Below are positions 63,555 to 64,000 of a stretch of 64,000 nucleotides of DNA, one piece after another. The stretch's first letter is position 1. Each line of letters opens with the position of its first letter. The notes below the pieces were generated by a model. That model was not told where the DNA came from, searched no databases, and saw only the letters and a list, made by a program, of their open reading frames with translations. Position numbers and translations under genes: made by a program. The stretch covers positions 2,294,001 through 2,358,000 of the forward strand of contig CM120649.1 in the NCBI GenBank assembly GCA_051362555.1, in the 5' to 3' direction. This DNA comes from Lingula anatina (Eukaryota > Animalia > Brachiopoda).

Positions 63555-64000
63555 CTTTTAAAACTCTTCTTTCCAGTGGTCAATTTTAACTCCAGTGAAA
63601 CGATACCAAAAAGACCAAAAACATATTGTCACTGCAATTTTGAGATTGCTGCATTTATTTCGTGGAAGTTTTATTTACATATCAAATGTTGCTTTAAATA
63701 ATTTTTATCACTCTTTTGAAGGGAATTTTAAAAATCTTTTTTCATTTAAAGAATATTTTTATTAACTTAAATATTTTAGTTTTAAATATCTTTATGTTAG
63801 TTTTTAATTGTAGTTTTAGTTTTTATATATGTTTAATAGTGTAAGCAACACTGAGACGCACGTAGAGCGCGGTTTTAAAAGTGTTATTATTATTATTACT
63901 ATTTACATAAATCATTTGAAAATATTTGAAAAGTACCAAAGTCCGGGTGAATTGGCAGTGACAGGCTGGAAAGGTAATAAATGCTAAATCAATTACATTC

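Overview
AT-rich, intron-containing animal genomic DNA, probably from a marine invertebrate (inferred from gene content and repeats; the species cannot be determined from the sequence). From left to right: (1) a MITE-rich start. (2) An intronless, minus-strand polysaccharide pyruvyltransferase gene (3003-4213) broken by one 8-nt insertion that looks like a transposon footprint. (3) A decayed multi-exon, minus-strand GT32-like glycosyltransferase remnant (~8600-11319). (4) A complete tandem array (~12.7-49.4 kb) of seven 3-exon Golgi carbohydrate sulfotransferase genes (HNK-1ST/CHST8-14 family, 332 aa each). The copies are mosaic and share a hypervariable block; one carries an inverted exon fragment in an intron, one a tandemly duplicated exon, and several carry copy-specific transposons or excision footprints. 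(5) An SH3BGR-family gene whose single-exon domain is spliced in frame to a signal-peptide exon, predicting a secreted SH3BGRL. (6) An intronless RING/B-box/B-box/coiled-coil/NHL TRIM gene. (7) A partial duplicate of the SH3BGRL region carrying a deleted pseudogene. All exon boundaries and alignments were read by eye; no database searches were run.
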